Positions 25,929 through 39,829 of a stretch of 64,000 bases of DNA are shown one piece after another. Under the pieces are notes generated by a model, which saw nothing but the letters and a program-made list of their open reading frames with translations, had not been told where the DNA came from and did not search any database. The stretch is from contig MU057354.1 in NCBI GenBank assembly GCA_013239625.1, forward strand, positions 27,676,459-27,740,458. The letters run 5' to 3'. Source of the DNA: Lama guanicoe (taxonomy: Eukaryota). Each line of letters starts with the position of its first letter. Within the stretch, counting starts at the first letter, position 1. A program made the translations under genes and the position numbers.

Positions 25929-26599
25929 GAACCCAAGGAGGAAGAAGAGGAGAGGCAGCAGGAGGACATGGGTCAGGCATTGCCCCGACCCCTTGTCCCA
26001 GACCCTTGCTCTGTGCCCTTGCGGTGAAATGGGCCCTCCCCAAAGAGAGGAGGGCCCTGAGCTAGCTGTCTGTCACTCTTCTAGGACAATGTAGGCTGAT
26101 GTCATCTTGGGGGCTTTTCAACTCCCAATTTTAGGGTTAGAAATTTTTCTCCCTTTTCTTTTTTCCTTTGAACTTCTCTGCTCGGTTCTTATCATATTTA
26201 TTGCTGTCGTCTGTCTATGTGCATGCTAATTTTTATAATGATGGGAGGGAATCTCTGAAAGTGAACAGAATATGTAGAACAAACAGATGACAGCTGACAG
26301 CCACACAGGCTTCATTTTTGTCCTCCTTACAGGGTCGGCACTTGTTTTTCTTACCTCTTTTACCTCAGCCTCAGAGGGAGCACCCTCGTTTCTCAGGTTC
26401 TCTGTGTCCAACAGCTGGCTCAGACTGAGGCCCCAGGTCCTCAGGTCCTCACTTTTAAATTCTCGTTCCACTCTGGACTTCGGGCTCAAACCGCTTTCCT
26501 TACAGTCACCTGAACCCCTAATGACAGCACCTGTTGCATCCTAGACTGAAAAGAAAAAAAAAAACCCTGACAAGGCAGGACAGCAGAATGATTCAAATA

Positions 26600-26790
26600 G
26601 GGGACTCCAGCTGTCCTGCCTGTCAAATCCTGCCTCAGCCACTTAACTACCCTACAACTTTGGATAAGTCACTCTCCAAACCTCGAGATTTTTCGCATCA
26701 GTTAAAGATGAGAGGACTAATGTGAGACTTAAATGAGTATAAAATGCCTAACACAGAGTAAGTGCCACGTAAGCTTAAAATGAGAATCGT
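26600..26790 (+). mobile_element. MIR SINE
   Basis: tcaaatcctgcctcagccacttaactacc...ggataagtcact...ttaaatgagtataaaatgcctaacacag. Confidence 0.65.
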
Positions 26791-27370
26791 TTGTTTTCCA
26801 CTTACCTTTGTTCCGAGTAGCTTCCCTGGAGATTCAGGTCTTGCTTGGCTCCTTGTGCATTTCTGCCCTACCAGGCTGCCCTTCTGTACCCCATGCAGGG
26901 GTGGGCAGGCTTTCCTGGAATCCTTCTCTGACCAGCTGTGCATATATCCAACCAATAACCAGAAGGAGCTGACAAGGTCTGTGAGTTATGCTGGCCTTGG
27001 GGGCCGTTCTATTGAGGCATCCACAAAGGCTGTGCTGGAGCCTTGCTTGCTCCTCCAGCCAGTGCCTGGAGAACAGTTCCCTGTTCAGCCACCACGGGCC
27101 CTCGAAGTTTCCGCAGGAAGGTGGGGCTGCCCAGGCCTTGGCAGACGTTTGCTCTTTGCTCTTGCACAAGTACCTCCTTTTTGGAGCCAGGAGCCTGTTA
27201 TGATGCAAGGGGAAGTTTGGGATGGTCTGTCACCCTGGGGAGGGTTAGTACCTCTTCTTGTTATCTTGGTTGGGATGTACAGGATGCAGGCATCCCTGTT
27301 GGTTTTGAAGGTTAGGTTCCCCGCCTCTGTCTTAGGCTGGCCACTGCTGGGGACCTTATAAGTCACAAAC

Positions 27371-27387
27371 TGGCCCCCTGGTGGCCC
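27371..27387 (-). promoter_or_regulatory. Candidate CTCF site
   Basis: Reverse complement GGGCCACCAGGGGGCCA versus the CTCF core TGGCCACCAGGGGGCGC. Confidence 0.6.
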
Positions 27388-29989
27388 CTAGTGAGATGCT
27401 CCATTGTCACAGGACCTCCAAGAGTGCTGGGATTCATAGCTTCACCATTAGGGCACTGACTCATAAATAAAGTAGTAATTCAGGTCTACTCCAAGATTAG
27501 TCTTTGCCTTGGGGAAGGAGTGACAGGTTTCATTATTATTATTTTTCAATATTTGAAATCTCCATTCTTAACCCTCCACTTCTTCCCTGCAGTCTGGGAT
27601 TCTTCTTGCTATCCTTAGTGACTTTGTGAGAAATTCTTGACCCTTCTCTCTTTCTCCAGGACACTCTGTCCTCCATGAGACAGAGCCTCTTGCTCAGCCC
27701 CTCTCACTGTGTCTCCCTCTGGCTCCAGCCTGCTGTTTCCCCTGACCTAGTCAGACACAAGCCCCCTCTTGTCTTCTCAGCTCTGGAGCTCCCTTCAGAG
27801 CCCCCTCCCCAGTCTCCAGCCTTCCCTTAGATGGACAGGGCCCGTCACCCAGGCTGCAAATGTACCTCTTCTCCAACAGCAATTACGCATCATTCTGCCT
27901 CAGTGAAGTGTAGGGGAGGTGCTTAATTTCTAGTTTGTGGACAAATGAAATGATTTATCCTAAAGACAATATCTAAAGACAAGTCAGCAAGCATTTCAGA
28001 AAGCATATGGAGCCAGATGAAATTCATGCAAGGGAGGAAGAGGTTCTTTGCCTCTTTTGGGTAAGGCTTCTTTGGCCATATCTACAAAAATATTACTCAT
28101 CAATCAAACAAATTTGTTTATCAGTTTTTAAGATGTTCAAAAAATTGGCAGAGTATACTACCTTCCTGCAGTTAGATAAAGTATATTATATACATTACAA
28201 GCTTCAGACATTGGTCTTATCTTTATTTCAGAACTATTACTAAGATAAGGCATTGCAGACTGATGTCGATAAAGGAATGTTTTTAAATTAAGTTGTTGGG
28301 GTGCTTCTTGTTAAATCACTCAACCTCCTTTAAAATTTCTCTTATTTTACAACAATTGATCCTTAAATCCACTTCTCCAAGTTTTGTTTTGTGGGGAATA
28401 AATTTTTCATGTATGAAGCTGTCCTTGAAAATCTTCATTAAATTTCCTAGAGTTAGGAATCAAGTCCAGCCATGAGCGGGTGCTCACTGAACAGTTGAAT
28501 TATTGAAGGGATAATCTCAGGTGGGCTTTCCACATGGCAGAACAGGCTGTGTTCAATCTTGATTCTCTCCAGTGGAGGTATCAGTGGTGTTAGCACAACT
28601 GCTCCACCAGGTTTAAATAATGAAAGTTTAGTGGGAAGAGATGTTAGACAAACCGAGAGAGAAATTTCTTCTTCTGTTTTTCGACTCCCAGTGGGATTCT
28701 GAAACAATCTCTGCAGGAGTTGAGATGGCTGTGATCGTATCAGAAATCTGTATAGAATATTTTTGGTTTTGAATTGATATTTCAGTGAGTGCTTTCTAAA
28801 CTTGGGATGGGCGTTAAAAGGAGAAAAATGGGAGAGAATATCTTGAGATGTTTTAATTCATTCTGAAAAATTTTAGTTTGATTTGTTATGTTCTAGGATA
28901 TTGTGGACCTGAATAATTTTTTTTGGATACTTGCATAATGCATGTAGTTTTGCCTCCTTAGGTCTCTACCAAGTGTAAACTGGTTCAGAAACAGCATTTT
29001 CAGGTAATGTTTTCTGTTGATGGGTCTGGCATATTGCTGTTCAGACACCCTATAGAGCTGATAGAAATGGCAATTCTGCGTTAAAAAAATTAGGCACTAA
29101 AGGACATTTTTTTCAAAGGCTTTATTTCTGTTCTCTTCAAAGACATGAACTGTTTGGGGCTAGGTCATATTCTGTGCGGCAGGGAAGGGAAACCAGTGAA
29201 ATTGTGGAGTCACAACCATATGTTGTGAGGAACAGTTGAAGAAATTACAGTTGTTTAGAGAAAAAAAATGGGGAGGCGTGATTGTTGTCTTCAGCTGTTG
29301 GCAGGGTTGAGACTGGCTTTCTCTGTGAGGAATGTATACCAAGAAGATATGGACAAGAAGGAATGGCAGAGTGGTGAGCTCCCCAGCATCTAGAAGTGTT
29401 CAAATAGATGTCAGTCAGGGTAGTTTATACTGGACTGCTTCATTTACAGAGCTGTTGGAAGTTCTTGGTGGAGAGGAGGGCTCTATTCCAAAGATGCTCT
29501 GCTTCTCCGAGAGGATTTCAGGGAGAAGCAGTGGAGAGTGGTGAAATCACACTGTCAGAATGCATGGGGACACCTGGGCTCTGGTCTTGGCTCTGCCATC
29601 ATAGTGTTGGGTATTTTGGGCAGGTCTCTTGGCCTCTTTGGCCTTTGGTCTCTATTTTTGTAAGGTGAAGGGTTGAATCAGTGTCCTCTAGGGTTCCTTG
29701 TAAATCAACAGTTTTAGGATAATCATTATCCCAGCCTGTACTTTTGATAGTTGACTGCAGGCCCTGAAACATGAATGGATCTAAACCCTAAAGCTAGAGC
29801 AGCAGAACCATATGCTTGTTGAAGACAACAAGGACACACCATACATGGGATTCGTTTTCAGAAGGAACCTGAGACTTCTCTCATTCCATACTCTGATTCA
29901 TGATGGTTTATATGCATTAACCCCATCAGTAAACTAATTTAAAATAAACTATCATATTGGAGATTGTGATTTTTAATTGAATTAAAACT

Positions 29990-31250
29990 GACACGCATTA
30001 TGGATCTGTTATGAGCAAGGCATCAGGACTATAAAGGTGAGTAAGAACACACCATCTCTGGTTTCAGCAAATGTACAGTCTAGTGGGGATTACAGCGAAT
30101 TAAAGTAGCAGCAATGCCTTGTCATGAGTTAAGTGTAAAGATACAGGCACTGTGCAAAGGGCATAGATGCTGCCTGGTAGGACAGGGATAGGCTTTGCGG
30201 AGGAGCTGGCTTTTCAGTGGGTTCTTAGACGATAAGCAGGACTTTGTTGGCAAAGGTCATTCTAGGGAGAGGGATTCCTATGAGGAAATACACAGAGGTT
30301 TGAAAGTAGATGACATGTTGAGGAGAAACAGTAAGTATCTGGTAGGGCTAAGCGCAGAGGACCTGGGACGTGTGCTTGGTGATCAGGCTGGGAAGGCAGT
30401 TTGGGGGTGATTTGGAGAGGGGCTCATATGTTAAGGTACGAGTTTGAGCTTTAATCTTTAGCTGGTGGAGAATCCTAGAAGCTTTTATACGTGACTGTGG
30501 CCTGTGGTGTACATGGCTAATCTGTTAGGGGTTAGTAGGATGGATTGGAGTTATGGGGGATCTGGCGGTATCCAGCATAAGTGAGTGTGGGCTGGAGACA
30601 GTCAGTGTTCAACCGTGTTTATGAAATGATCTCTGTCTGAATGTCACTTTCCTCTAAGTTTATTAAAGTAGGTTAGCCCAGCTACGTCCTTTCCACCAGA
30701 GACCCAAATAATACACTTAAGAAATTAAACAGTTGAAAACCTGATCTAGGCTTAAAAAATAAGTAAAAGGGAGAGGGGATGGAAGGCAGCATCAGTTTGG
30801 AGGCTTTTGTAGTGGTCTGGCCTCAGGATGGTAAGGGTCTCACTAGAGCACTGTACTAAGACCGGAGTGGTGGAGGTTTGGAGGTTTCAGAGGACTTTTG
30901 AAGAGGATAATGAGTTGAAGTCCTGGGCTAGGTGATTTTGGGAATGCCTGCAGGACGTCCTGGTAGAGATCTGTGTCAGATTAGAGTTTCAGCTTGTAGA
31001 CACATACTTGATGGCCCTCCATAATGGCTGAAACCACAAGAATATATAAAAAACCTGAAGGAATTATTGTTAATGTGGGAATGGGACACAAACACGGAAT
31101 CTTTGAGAATGTAAAAACTCTGAGAGGTGAGCAGAGAAGTGGAGCTTTGAGAGAGAGGTTGGGGTGGTAGGAGGAGTACTTTATCAGAGGATTCTGGTGA
31201 TGTGTTAGGCATAGAGAAAGAAAACTTGAACCATAATAGTGTGTGATATG
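29990..31250 (-). mobile_element. Fragmented LINE-2
   Basis: L2 antisense motifs (caaatgtacagtctagtgggga; ggtcattctagggagagg; gagtttgagctttaatct). Boundaries are approximate. Confidence 0.6.
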
Positions 31251-34200
31251 GGGCCATTCTGGGACCTCAGTGAGAGAGTCCTGTGAAAAGATGGTTGAAT
31301 CATCTCTCCGGTAGATGGTTGGAAATGGGCCCCAAGAAGATCCAACTGTCCTTGCTTTTATTCATTGCTCACTACTCAACCCTCGGAACTGTAATTCCAT
31401 CTTGAATGGAGCCATCCCCAACTACAAGGTGGGTTGTAGTTCTGTGGGTACAAGGTTGGTTTCCTGGACCAGCAATAACCATTTTAGTATAAAAATTGGT
31501 GTCTGATTTATCACATGTATTGTTGTTGGGAAAGTACACAGATGTAATGCAGTCAAGGCACAGCCCTGCCCTCAGGACCTCACATCACCCTGGGTTGTAG
31601 CGTTAGGCGGTACAGTGCTGAACTTGAACTTCCTAACTTGTGGCCAAGTGCTCTTTTTGTGTTTCCTCTGCCTCTCTGCCTTTTAGCCTCTGGCTGGTTT
31701 AATTAGAGTGAAATAGTCCTCAAGAGTCTGTGCATCTCTCAGTAAACTTTGACTATCATATTCTTAAACCTCAAAGCCCTGAAATAGGATTTGGACTGTG
31801 GTGGCCTCACCAATAAGTGAGTCTCAGCTTGAAGCCATCATCCTATCTCTTCTGTGTTTCACAGCATCCAGTGATCCTAGTTAGCCCATAAAGGTAAGTT
31901 AGCTTCCTGTGACTCTCCTCTGGTGAGGGCAGCTCTGTACCCTGAGAGGATGTGCCTGGAGGAGGCTCAGGTGTCTCAGGAGGCACAAATTTCTGGTAAA
32001 CGTGATCAGCACATAGCATGCTCTGAGATCAGAGCTTTATTCCACAAGATGTTGCAACCTGGTGCCCACAAAGCACATGAATAAAAACACCACCTTCTGT
32101 GCCTCCAAGCTCCATTTTCATAGTCGCTGTCTGCTTCACTAATTAAGAGACTTGCACAACTCCCTCTTGACCTAAATGTGTAAAATGTTGCATGTTGTTC
32201 TGGCTCTCCTAATAGCTTTTGTTTGGCACATTCTGAATTGATAAGATCAAATGTAATTAGCTCCAGATATCCAAGTCTCCATTAGGAATAATTTTAAGGA
32301 GCAGTACATCTCAAAATCTACTCTCAAGTCTCCAGCTTCTTTGCATCTTTCAAAAATGTTTAAATCTCTAAATTGGCCTTGATTCTGGAAAGATAAGTGG
32401 GGAGAAGTTTGAGGGAGTAATTGTACTGAGTCAGGTACTTGTGCTCAAGTCTGGGACATTAGGAAAAAAAAACCCTTTAAACAGACCTGTCATAGCTGTG
32501 TTTTAAGATCAATACTCATGCCTGCCATATGGAGCCAGACCTCTGGCTCTCACGCCTGCAATGGTTTGGCCCCGTGTAATCTTCCCTCGATATGTGATGA
32601 TAATCACCAAGTGGATGCCTATTGCAGATGGCCTCCCATGCTTCGGCACACAGCCCCTCCGGTGTGGCTGCTGTGCCGCAGAGTGATGTGGGCATATAAG
32701 TGGGTGGAAATTTTCTCATGTGTCCCAATAATAACAATGCAGAATCCTATTGCTGTTCAGTTTCCCCTGGAACTTCAGCCCACTCAGCANNNNNNNNNNN
32801 NNNNNNNNNNNNNNNNNNNNNNNNNNNNNNNNNNNNNNNNNNNNNNNNNNNNNNNNNNNNNNNNNNNNNNNNNNNNNNNNNNNNNNNNNNNNNNNNNNNN
32901 NNNNNNNNNNNNNNNNNNNNNNNNNNNNNNNNNNNNNNNNNNNNNNNNNNNNNNNNNNNNNNNNNNNNNNNNNNNNNNNNNNNNNNNNNNNNNNNNNNNN
33001 NNNNNNNNNNNNNNNNNNNNNNNNNNNNNNNNNNNNTCAGGAATTAATTCTAGAGATGCTTCTTAATGTCTACTAAGGAACTAGAATAGGTAAAAGATGC
33101 CAATTTTTTTGGATACGATGATAATTCTGTTCCATCGTTGTTACCTAAATGGTTGTCATGTGATCTGAACTTTAGAAAGGGACACTAACCCTAGATGATA
33201 GATCTTATCAGGGCTCTACATTCTGCTCTTCACTGATGTCAGTAGATTTTGAGTTTTCCCAATGAATTCTTAGTAACAGAGTGAACTTGTGTCTCAGTGG
33301 ATGGATAACTTTCCGAACACAAGAAAGTATATTGTCTGAGAAACTGGGGATTTAAATGGCCCTTCAATCTTCTTTTTTCTAGATGTCCCATATGTTGCTT
33401 AGTCCTTGAGCACAAAGATCTACACACTACTTTTTAGGGTCAAAACTTAAATTTGAAGTGTCTTTATAATAATCTTTTAAAAATAGTTTATTGTTTTAGA
33501 TTGCAAAAATGATTTTTTTTGGAAGATATTGGATTAATGGAAAACAGTTCTGTTAAAATTTCAGTCTCACTATGTGGGCAGTTCTGTGAGTTGAAAAATA
33601 AAGAAGTTATAAACAAATGAAAATTACATTTCACTCCAAATGTTCTCCAAATGTATTTGTTTCGGAGAGTTGAAGAAATTTGGACATCTTTCTCCTAAGA
33701 CATTTTGTCTGTCTGAAGTAAACTTGTCTCAGTTTCTCTCATTTATAAAAATATTCTCTTTTTACTTAAAAGATAAATTGCCACATTGATTTAACAACCA
33801 CTCCACAAAATCATACAAGTGTATGTTCTCTGATATTTCTATGTGACATGCTTTTATTGGAGCACATGTTCCTAATTTTATCATATAGTTAAGTTCAGTA
33901 ACGTTCAAGTTACAATAAATGATATCTGTGCTAATTGATTAATTTTTTTGGCAAATGATGTATAATTTGTACAAGGCCCATATATTGCTCAATTGAATTC
34001 AGCAACATAAACATGCCATTAAAAAGCCAACAATCCAAAAATGTTGACTGTAGCCTCATAAACCATCAGTACCATCTCATCACTTTCACTTCTTTTTCTA
34101 TTCTCTTCCCCACCTGGGAAGATGCAGGGAAATGGAGAGGCTGTGGACAGTGGAGAACAGCTGAAGTGTTCATGGAAACTCAGACAAGTGAAGAATGTCT

Positions 34201-34737
34201 CAGAGGTTCCCTTTGTGGACCTATTGGATCATCTCAAGCATTTTCATCATTAAATGCTGCTTCTGAGCTAACCATCTGAGTATTAAGGAAAAGTAGAGCA
34301 AGCTCACTGATAATTCTTGGCTACTCGAAATGTGTGAGTGTGTGCGTATGCCTATGTGTGTGTGTTCGTGTTCATGCTAAAGGGGGATTTACATTTTAAA
34401 CACATAAAGCAGGCAAGTTAGGTTACTTAATTCTCAGAAGAAGATGGACACATTTCAACACACATATATTACTCTATTAAAGATAGCACCCCACGTATAC
34501 CCCCAAATGCTGTGTTCTCAAGNNNNNNNNNNNNNNNNNNNNNNNNNNNNNNNNNNNNNNNNNNNNNNNNNNNNNNNNNNNNNNNNNNNNNNNNNNNNNN
34601 NNNNNNNNNNNNNNNNNNNNNNNNNNNNNNNNNNNNNNNNNNNNNNNNNNNNNNNNNNNNNNNNNNNNNNNNNNNNNTAACAAAATATCCTTGTTAGCTA
34701 TTACTAGGGAGAAAATTTAAGTAGAACTACCCATTTT

Positions 34738-34739
<2 letters not shown>

Positions 34740-34767
<28 letters not shown>
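34740..34767. repeat. (TG)n microsatellite, about 14 units
   Basis: Perfect TG run. Confidence 0.95.
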
Positions 34768-34770
<3 letters not shown>

Positions 34771-35465
34771 TTTGTAGCCCTAGAAATACTTAGAGAAATA
34801 GTTGACTGTCCCTGATGGTTGTTCAGGTTATAATGCCTACCTAGCCCTAAATTTAGTACACTGGCAAAATAATATGCTGCTAAGTGTTTAAGGCTTTGTT
34901 CTTTTTTTTTAGTTCCAAAAGCATCACTGTAGGAAAAAAGGAATATTAAAGCCCTCAGTTTAACTTGTTCTGTACTGATTTTTTAAATGACTTATTTAAT
35001 TTCATAGTTGGTTGTAAAAAGACAGCTAATGGTATAAATGAGTGTAATTGTACAGAGATTCTGAATTTGTGCACTGAAGTGGCTGTATATGGAGTTGGCA
35101 CACTGGTGTTCAGCTCTTAAAAGTTTCTCGTTTCTTGCTTTCTGTTCTTTCTGCAAAGAAAGTCTAAGCATCAACTCTAGGTCAAAGGCCTCAACTCTTA
35201 CTGTGCTACTATTGCCTTTGAAAACATCTTGTTTTGCAAAAGCTGCCGATATCTAATGCTATAGCTTCTGTTGTCATCTCCTTGTCACCTCCTTGCCCTG
35301 GGGCCAAAACGAGTCTGTACCTGGGTTGACCTGAGTGGTAGATGCCTGTGTTGCACTCAGGCCACCTCTGCTCTGACCTTGTTCACTGTCCTTCCTGGGA
35401 GTGAACATCCTCCTTGGTCCTCAGGTGGATGGATCCCATAGACATGCCCAGGCGATCCTGAATTC

Positions 35466-35750
35466 TTTTTTAAAATTTGTTTTTCTTAAGATAAAATTGA
35501 CATATGACATATAATATTGTGTAAGTTTAAGGTGTACAGTTGGTTTCATACATTTATGTACTGTGATATGATTGCTATCAGCATTTGTGAGCACCTCCAT
35601 CTTGCTGCTTAGTTGATTTTTTGTCATACAATTCACGTCATATAATTTTTTTTTCTTTGTGATGGGAACAATTAAGATTTAGTCTCTTAGCAGCTTTGAA
35701 GTTTGTAATACAGTATTGCTGTCTGCAACCACTGTGCTGTGCCTTAGATC
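35466..35750 (-). mobile_element. Older L1 (L1MA-like) 3' end
   Basis: aagataaaattgacatatgacatataatattgtgtaagtttaaggtgtaca...gtctcttagcagcttt...tgctgtgccttagatc. Confidence 0.8.
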
Positions 35751-35760
35751 AAGTCTGGAA

Positions 35761-36453
35761 TTTTTTTTATTGGAATATAATTGATTTACAATGTTTGGTT
35801 AGTTTCTGGTGTACAGCATAGTGATTTAGTTGTGTGTATATATATATCTATATATTCTTTTTCAAATCTTTTTTATTTTAGATTATTGTAAGCTATTGAA
35901 TATAGTTCCTTGTGCTATACAGTAGGACCTTGTTTATCAATTTCATATATAGTAGTTTGTATCTTCTAATCCCAAATTCCTAATTTATTCCTCCCCCTCT
36001 TTTCCCCTTTTGTAACCATAAATTTGTTTTCTGTGTCTGTGAGTATCTTTCTGTTTTATAAATAAGTTCATTTGTGTCATTTTTAAAGCTTCCACATATA
36101 AGTGATATATGATATTTGTCCTTTTCTGTCTCACTTTCTTCACTTAGTATCATAGTCTCTAGGTCTATCTGTGTTGCTGCAAACGGCATCCATTCTTTTT
36201 TATGACTGAGTAGTATTCCATTATATATGTATATATATTTATCACAAATTCTTTATCCATTCATCTGTCAATGGACATTTAGTTTGTTTCCATGTCTTGG
36301 CTATTATAAATAGTGCTGCTAGAAACATTGGGGTGCATGTATCTTTTCAAAGTAAAGTTTCCTCCAGATATATGCCCGGGAGTGGGGTTGCTTGATCATA
36401 TGGTAAGTCTGTTTTTTGTTTTTTAAGGAATCTCCTTACTGTTTTCCATAGTG
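35761..36453 (-). mobile_element. Younger LINE-1 3' end
   Basis: Minus-strand MPFAATQIDLETMILSEESETEKDKYHISLICGS (ORF2 C-terminus), 3' UTR and poly-T. Confidence 0.92.
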
Positions 36454-37579
36454 AGCCTCGAATTCTAAGGTGAAGAAACTTAAGCTTAAGTCAGGAGCTT
36501 CTGCTGCATGACCACGCTTGAGAACCTCATAGAATCATTACAAAATCATGCTACTTTTTAAAGGCATGAATGAAGTTGAAACTATATCCTGAAAAAGAGG
36601 ACTCTCAGGCTGATGGATACTCAGGAATGGCAGAGATACATATGTGGATTGAGTTTTAGATTTACTTCAGGCTTTCCTTGTGTTTTTAATGAGATTCCTC
36701 AAAGTCCTGAGGGTGATGCCAAGAATGTTTATTGCTGAGAAATTATAATTTTACTTTTTTATTATTTCTATTGTCATTGCTCAGTTACTTCTGATTTTCT
36801 CTCCTTATTATTTTGTTAAATAAAATTTCAGCTTCCTCTCATCTTATTTCTAGTTCTTGTGAGTCAGGTGGCTGCAATTGGCTAGACTTTTTTTTTTTTA
36901 ACCTCTTCATTCTGTTTGGAATGAAATTTACAAACATCTGGTGGCTGTGACATGGAGAAGCCTCTCTGTTTATGTCATTGTATGCTCTGTCTCTCCTTGA
37001 GCCACTGCTTGAAAACCAACAGATGGAGACTCTCCAGTGGAACATGAGAGAGATACTTAACTTTGAGGAAGTTTTCAATATGAACTATGTGACTGAACTT
37101 CACAGCCATCTGATTTCCAATTTAGTAATTACTGGAATAATGAGATGAGTTACTCTGCAGATGGCATTGAAGTTTCTTGACATATGTGCCCTTGTCATCT
37201 GTAGCAGATGATACATGTAATGCTTGTTCTTCACTATAGCATTTGTATATATGAGATGCAAAATGACTTTAAGCTTCCCTGCCAAAGACTCTAATTTTGT
37301 TTAGACTCAAACGCAGCAGCATCAAACCCTCTTTGGCTTTTACCCATAGAACTGTTGGCTTGCTGTGTTCAGTGTTACATGTTGATGGTACGGCTGTGCT
37401 GACAATTCTCATAATCTACAGTATTTAAACTTTATTTTTAATTCTAAATATTGGATAATAAAATTACAGGATGTCTAAACATGAAGAAAATCACTTTCAA
37501 ACTAAATATAAGAAAACAATTATAATATTTCTTGTGTTTCTTTCCAGTCTTTATTAAAGTGATGTGCTTGGAATTTAAA

Positions 37580-38160
37580 CATTTTTTTGAGATGAAATTC
37601 AAATGCATTTCAAATGATAAAGTTCATTTCCATAAAATTCACACCCTCTTAAAGTGTACAATTCTGTGGTTTCTGGTATGTTCAGAAAGTTGCACAAGCA
37701 TCGTCACCATCGAATTCCAAAATAATTTCATTACCTCAAAAAGCAAACCCATACCCATTTGCAGTCACTCCTTATTTCTCCCTCTCCCCAGTCCCTGGGA
37801 AGNNNNNNNNNNNNNNNNNNNNNNNNNNNNNNNNNNNNNNNNNNNNNNNNNNNNNNNNNNNNNNNNNNNNNNNNNNNNNNNNNNNNNNNNNNNNNNNNNN
37901 NNNNNNNNNNNNNNNNNNNNNNNNNNNNNNNNNNNNNNNNNNNNNNNNNNNNNNNNNNNNNNNNNNNNNNNNNNNNNNNNNNNNNNNNNNNNNNNNNNNN
38001 NNNNNNNNNNNNNNNNNNNNNNNNNNNNNTTTAGGCTCTTTCCACTTTTGGGCTATTATGAATAACGTTATGAACATTCATGCTCACATTTTTGTGGGAA
38101 TGTATATTTTCAATTCTCTTGGATATATGCCTAGAAGTGAAATTGCTGGGTTATGTTTGT
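37580..38160 (-). mobile_element. L1MB-like 3' region (gapped)
   Basis: aaattcacaccctcttaaagtgtacaattctgtgg...; minus-strand MFITLFIIAQKWKEPK. Confidence 0.85.
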
Positions 38161-38699
38161 AATTTTGAACCATTTTTAAAGAGTATAATTTGGGTGCAAC
38201 CCTGGTTAAGCAATTCTTATAAGTTTGGGGTCACTGCCAACTTAGCCATTTCTATGATACTCTATTCATGCAGAAAGTGTATAAGCTAATCTACAGTTTA
38301 GCACTTGCCTAGCAGCGTCTCATGCATCTCTTCAGACTTCCAACCAAGTACCCACAAATACACAGAAAAAGATGAAATTGGAATCGATAGATTCTGAGAG
38401 AAACATGAGGTATGATGGAGCAACCAAACTTGCCAAACTAAGCTTTCTGTCTCATTTAGCTAAATTTGCACTTGTTCGTAGTGTTCTCCACCATCCAACT
38501 CAAAAGACTGTCTTCTCTCACTGCCTGCCACTGACTCAGAGATTCAGACTTTAGAGTAGTGAGTGTGGTGTAGTAGTTAACAGCACACTTTCACCTGTTT
38601 TGTTGAGTGAAAAGTGTAGGCTGTGTTTAAGAAGATTGGTCAGAATGCAGGAAAAAAAAAAAAGAAAACCCTGAAAGTTGGTAACTAAAGAAATAGTAA

Positions 38700-39070
38700 T
38701 CCAGTTTAAGATAGAAACAAGAACATTGGCACAGAAGAAATTACCAAAGACATAATTGAAGAAAACTCTCCTAAGCTTTAAAAAAGCCATGTGTATGTTG
38801 AAAAGTCTGGGTTCCAGGAAAAATCAACAAAAATACCCACAAAAAGACACATTCTGATAACATTTTTGTAATAAAAGAAAAAGATTCCGGAAGCATTCAG
38901 ACCAAAAAATACCATTGCCCATATGATAACAAAAAGTGAGACTGCATCATCCCACTCATTTATGAAGCACTAAAGATGAAGAGGTAATGGAGTGATATCT
39001 CCAGTTTGAAGGAGAAGAAAATGTCAGTAACTACCTAGGAATTTTATGCCCACCCATAGTTATGTCACTG
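38700..39070 (+). mobile_element. Ancient L1 ORF1-region remnant
   Basis: A-rich decayed ORF1-like text (ataattgaagaaaactctcctaa; aaagacacattctgataa; cctaggaattttatgccca). Confidence 0.5.
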
Positions 39071-39829
39071 CTACAAAAATTATTACTAACAAAAATATTT
39101 TAATCTCCAAAAAGCCAGAGTTATTTTGGAAAACATAAGGTCTTCCTACCCCCATACCCATTTTTTATTGCATCTTTGGAGATTATATGGAATCTCTTTA
39201 TATTGTCTTCAACCTGGAATCTGTGAACATTTTTGTATTAAGTGCATTAATATTAGCATATGAAATAGTATCTCAGTGATGGTAAAAATAGTTAAGAAAA
39301 AATTATAAGAGAAAAGTGGTAGGTGGTGAGATTTAGCATGATCATTAAAAAAACATTTTCTAGTATTTTCAAAATACTCTACTAAATGCATGAATTACTT
39401 ATTTTTTCTTTGAATCTCTAAAAAATAATAGAAGATTTTTTATCTAATAAAACTATTTTATAAGCCAATAAAGGTAAAATCAATACAATTTACTTGCCCA
39501 ACAGTTGAAATGACTAGAAGTACACAAAGTCTTTACAGTTATTGTCTTCATCTTTTTATATAGTTTCCCAACTTTATGTTATAAGCTTCACATTGCTTTA
39601 TAATGGAAAAATATAGCTTATTCAAAAATACTTAGTTTCATTAATGAATGGCAGTATTAAGTGCAAATGTTTCTGCCTATGAAAGATAGATGAACCTTTT
39701 TTTCCCTAAGCCCAGATCTTACCTAAATCATACCCTGTGTTTTTAATGGTATTGACCCACTTGAGGTGTATCTTTTCTTTCCAGAAGTTTTCTTTTATCA
39801 ACATGTCGTAACACAGAAGAGTCCAACAT

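Noticed and set aside
26762-27361. 199-aa ORF
   Set aside because: Non-ATG start inside a MIR, no recognisable domain or splice context; expected by chance in GC-richer DNA.
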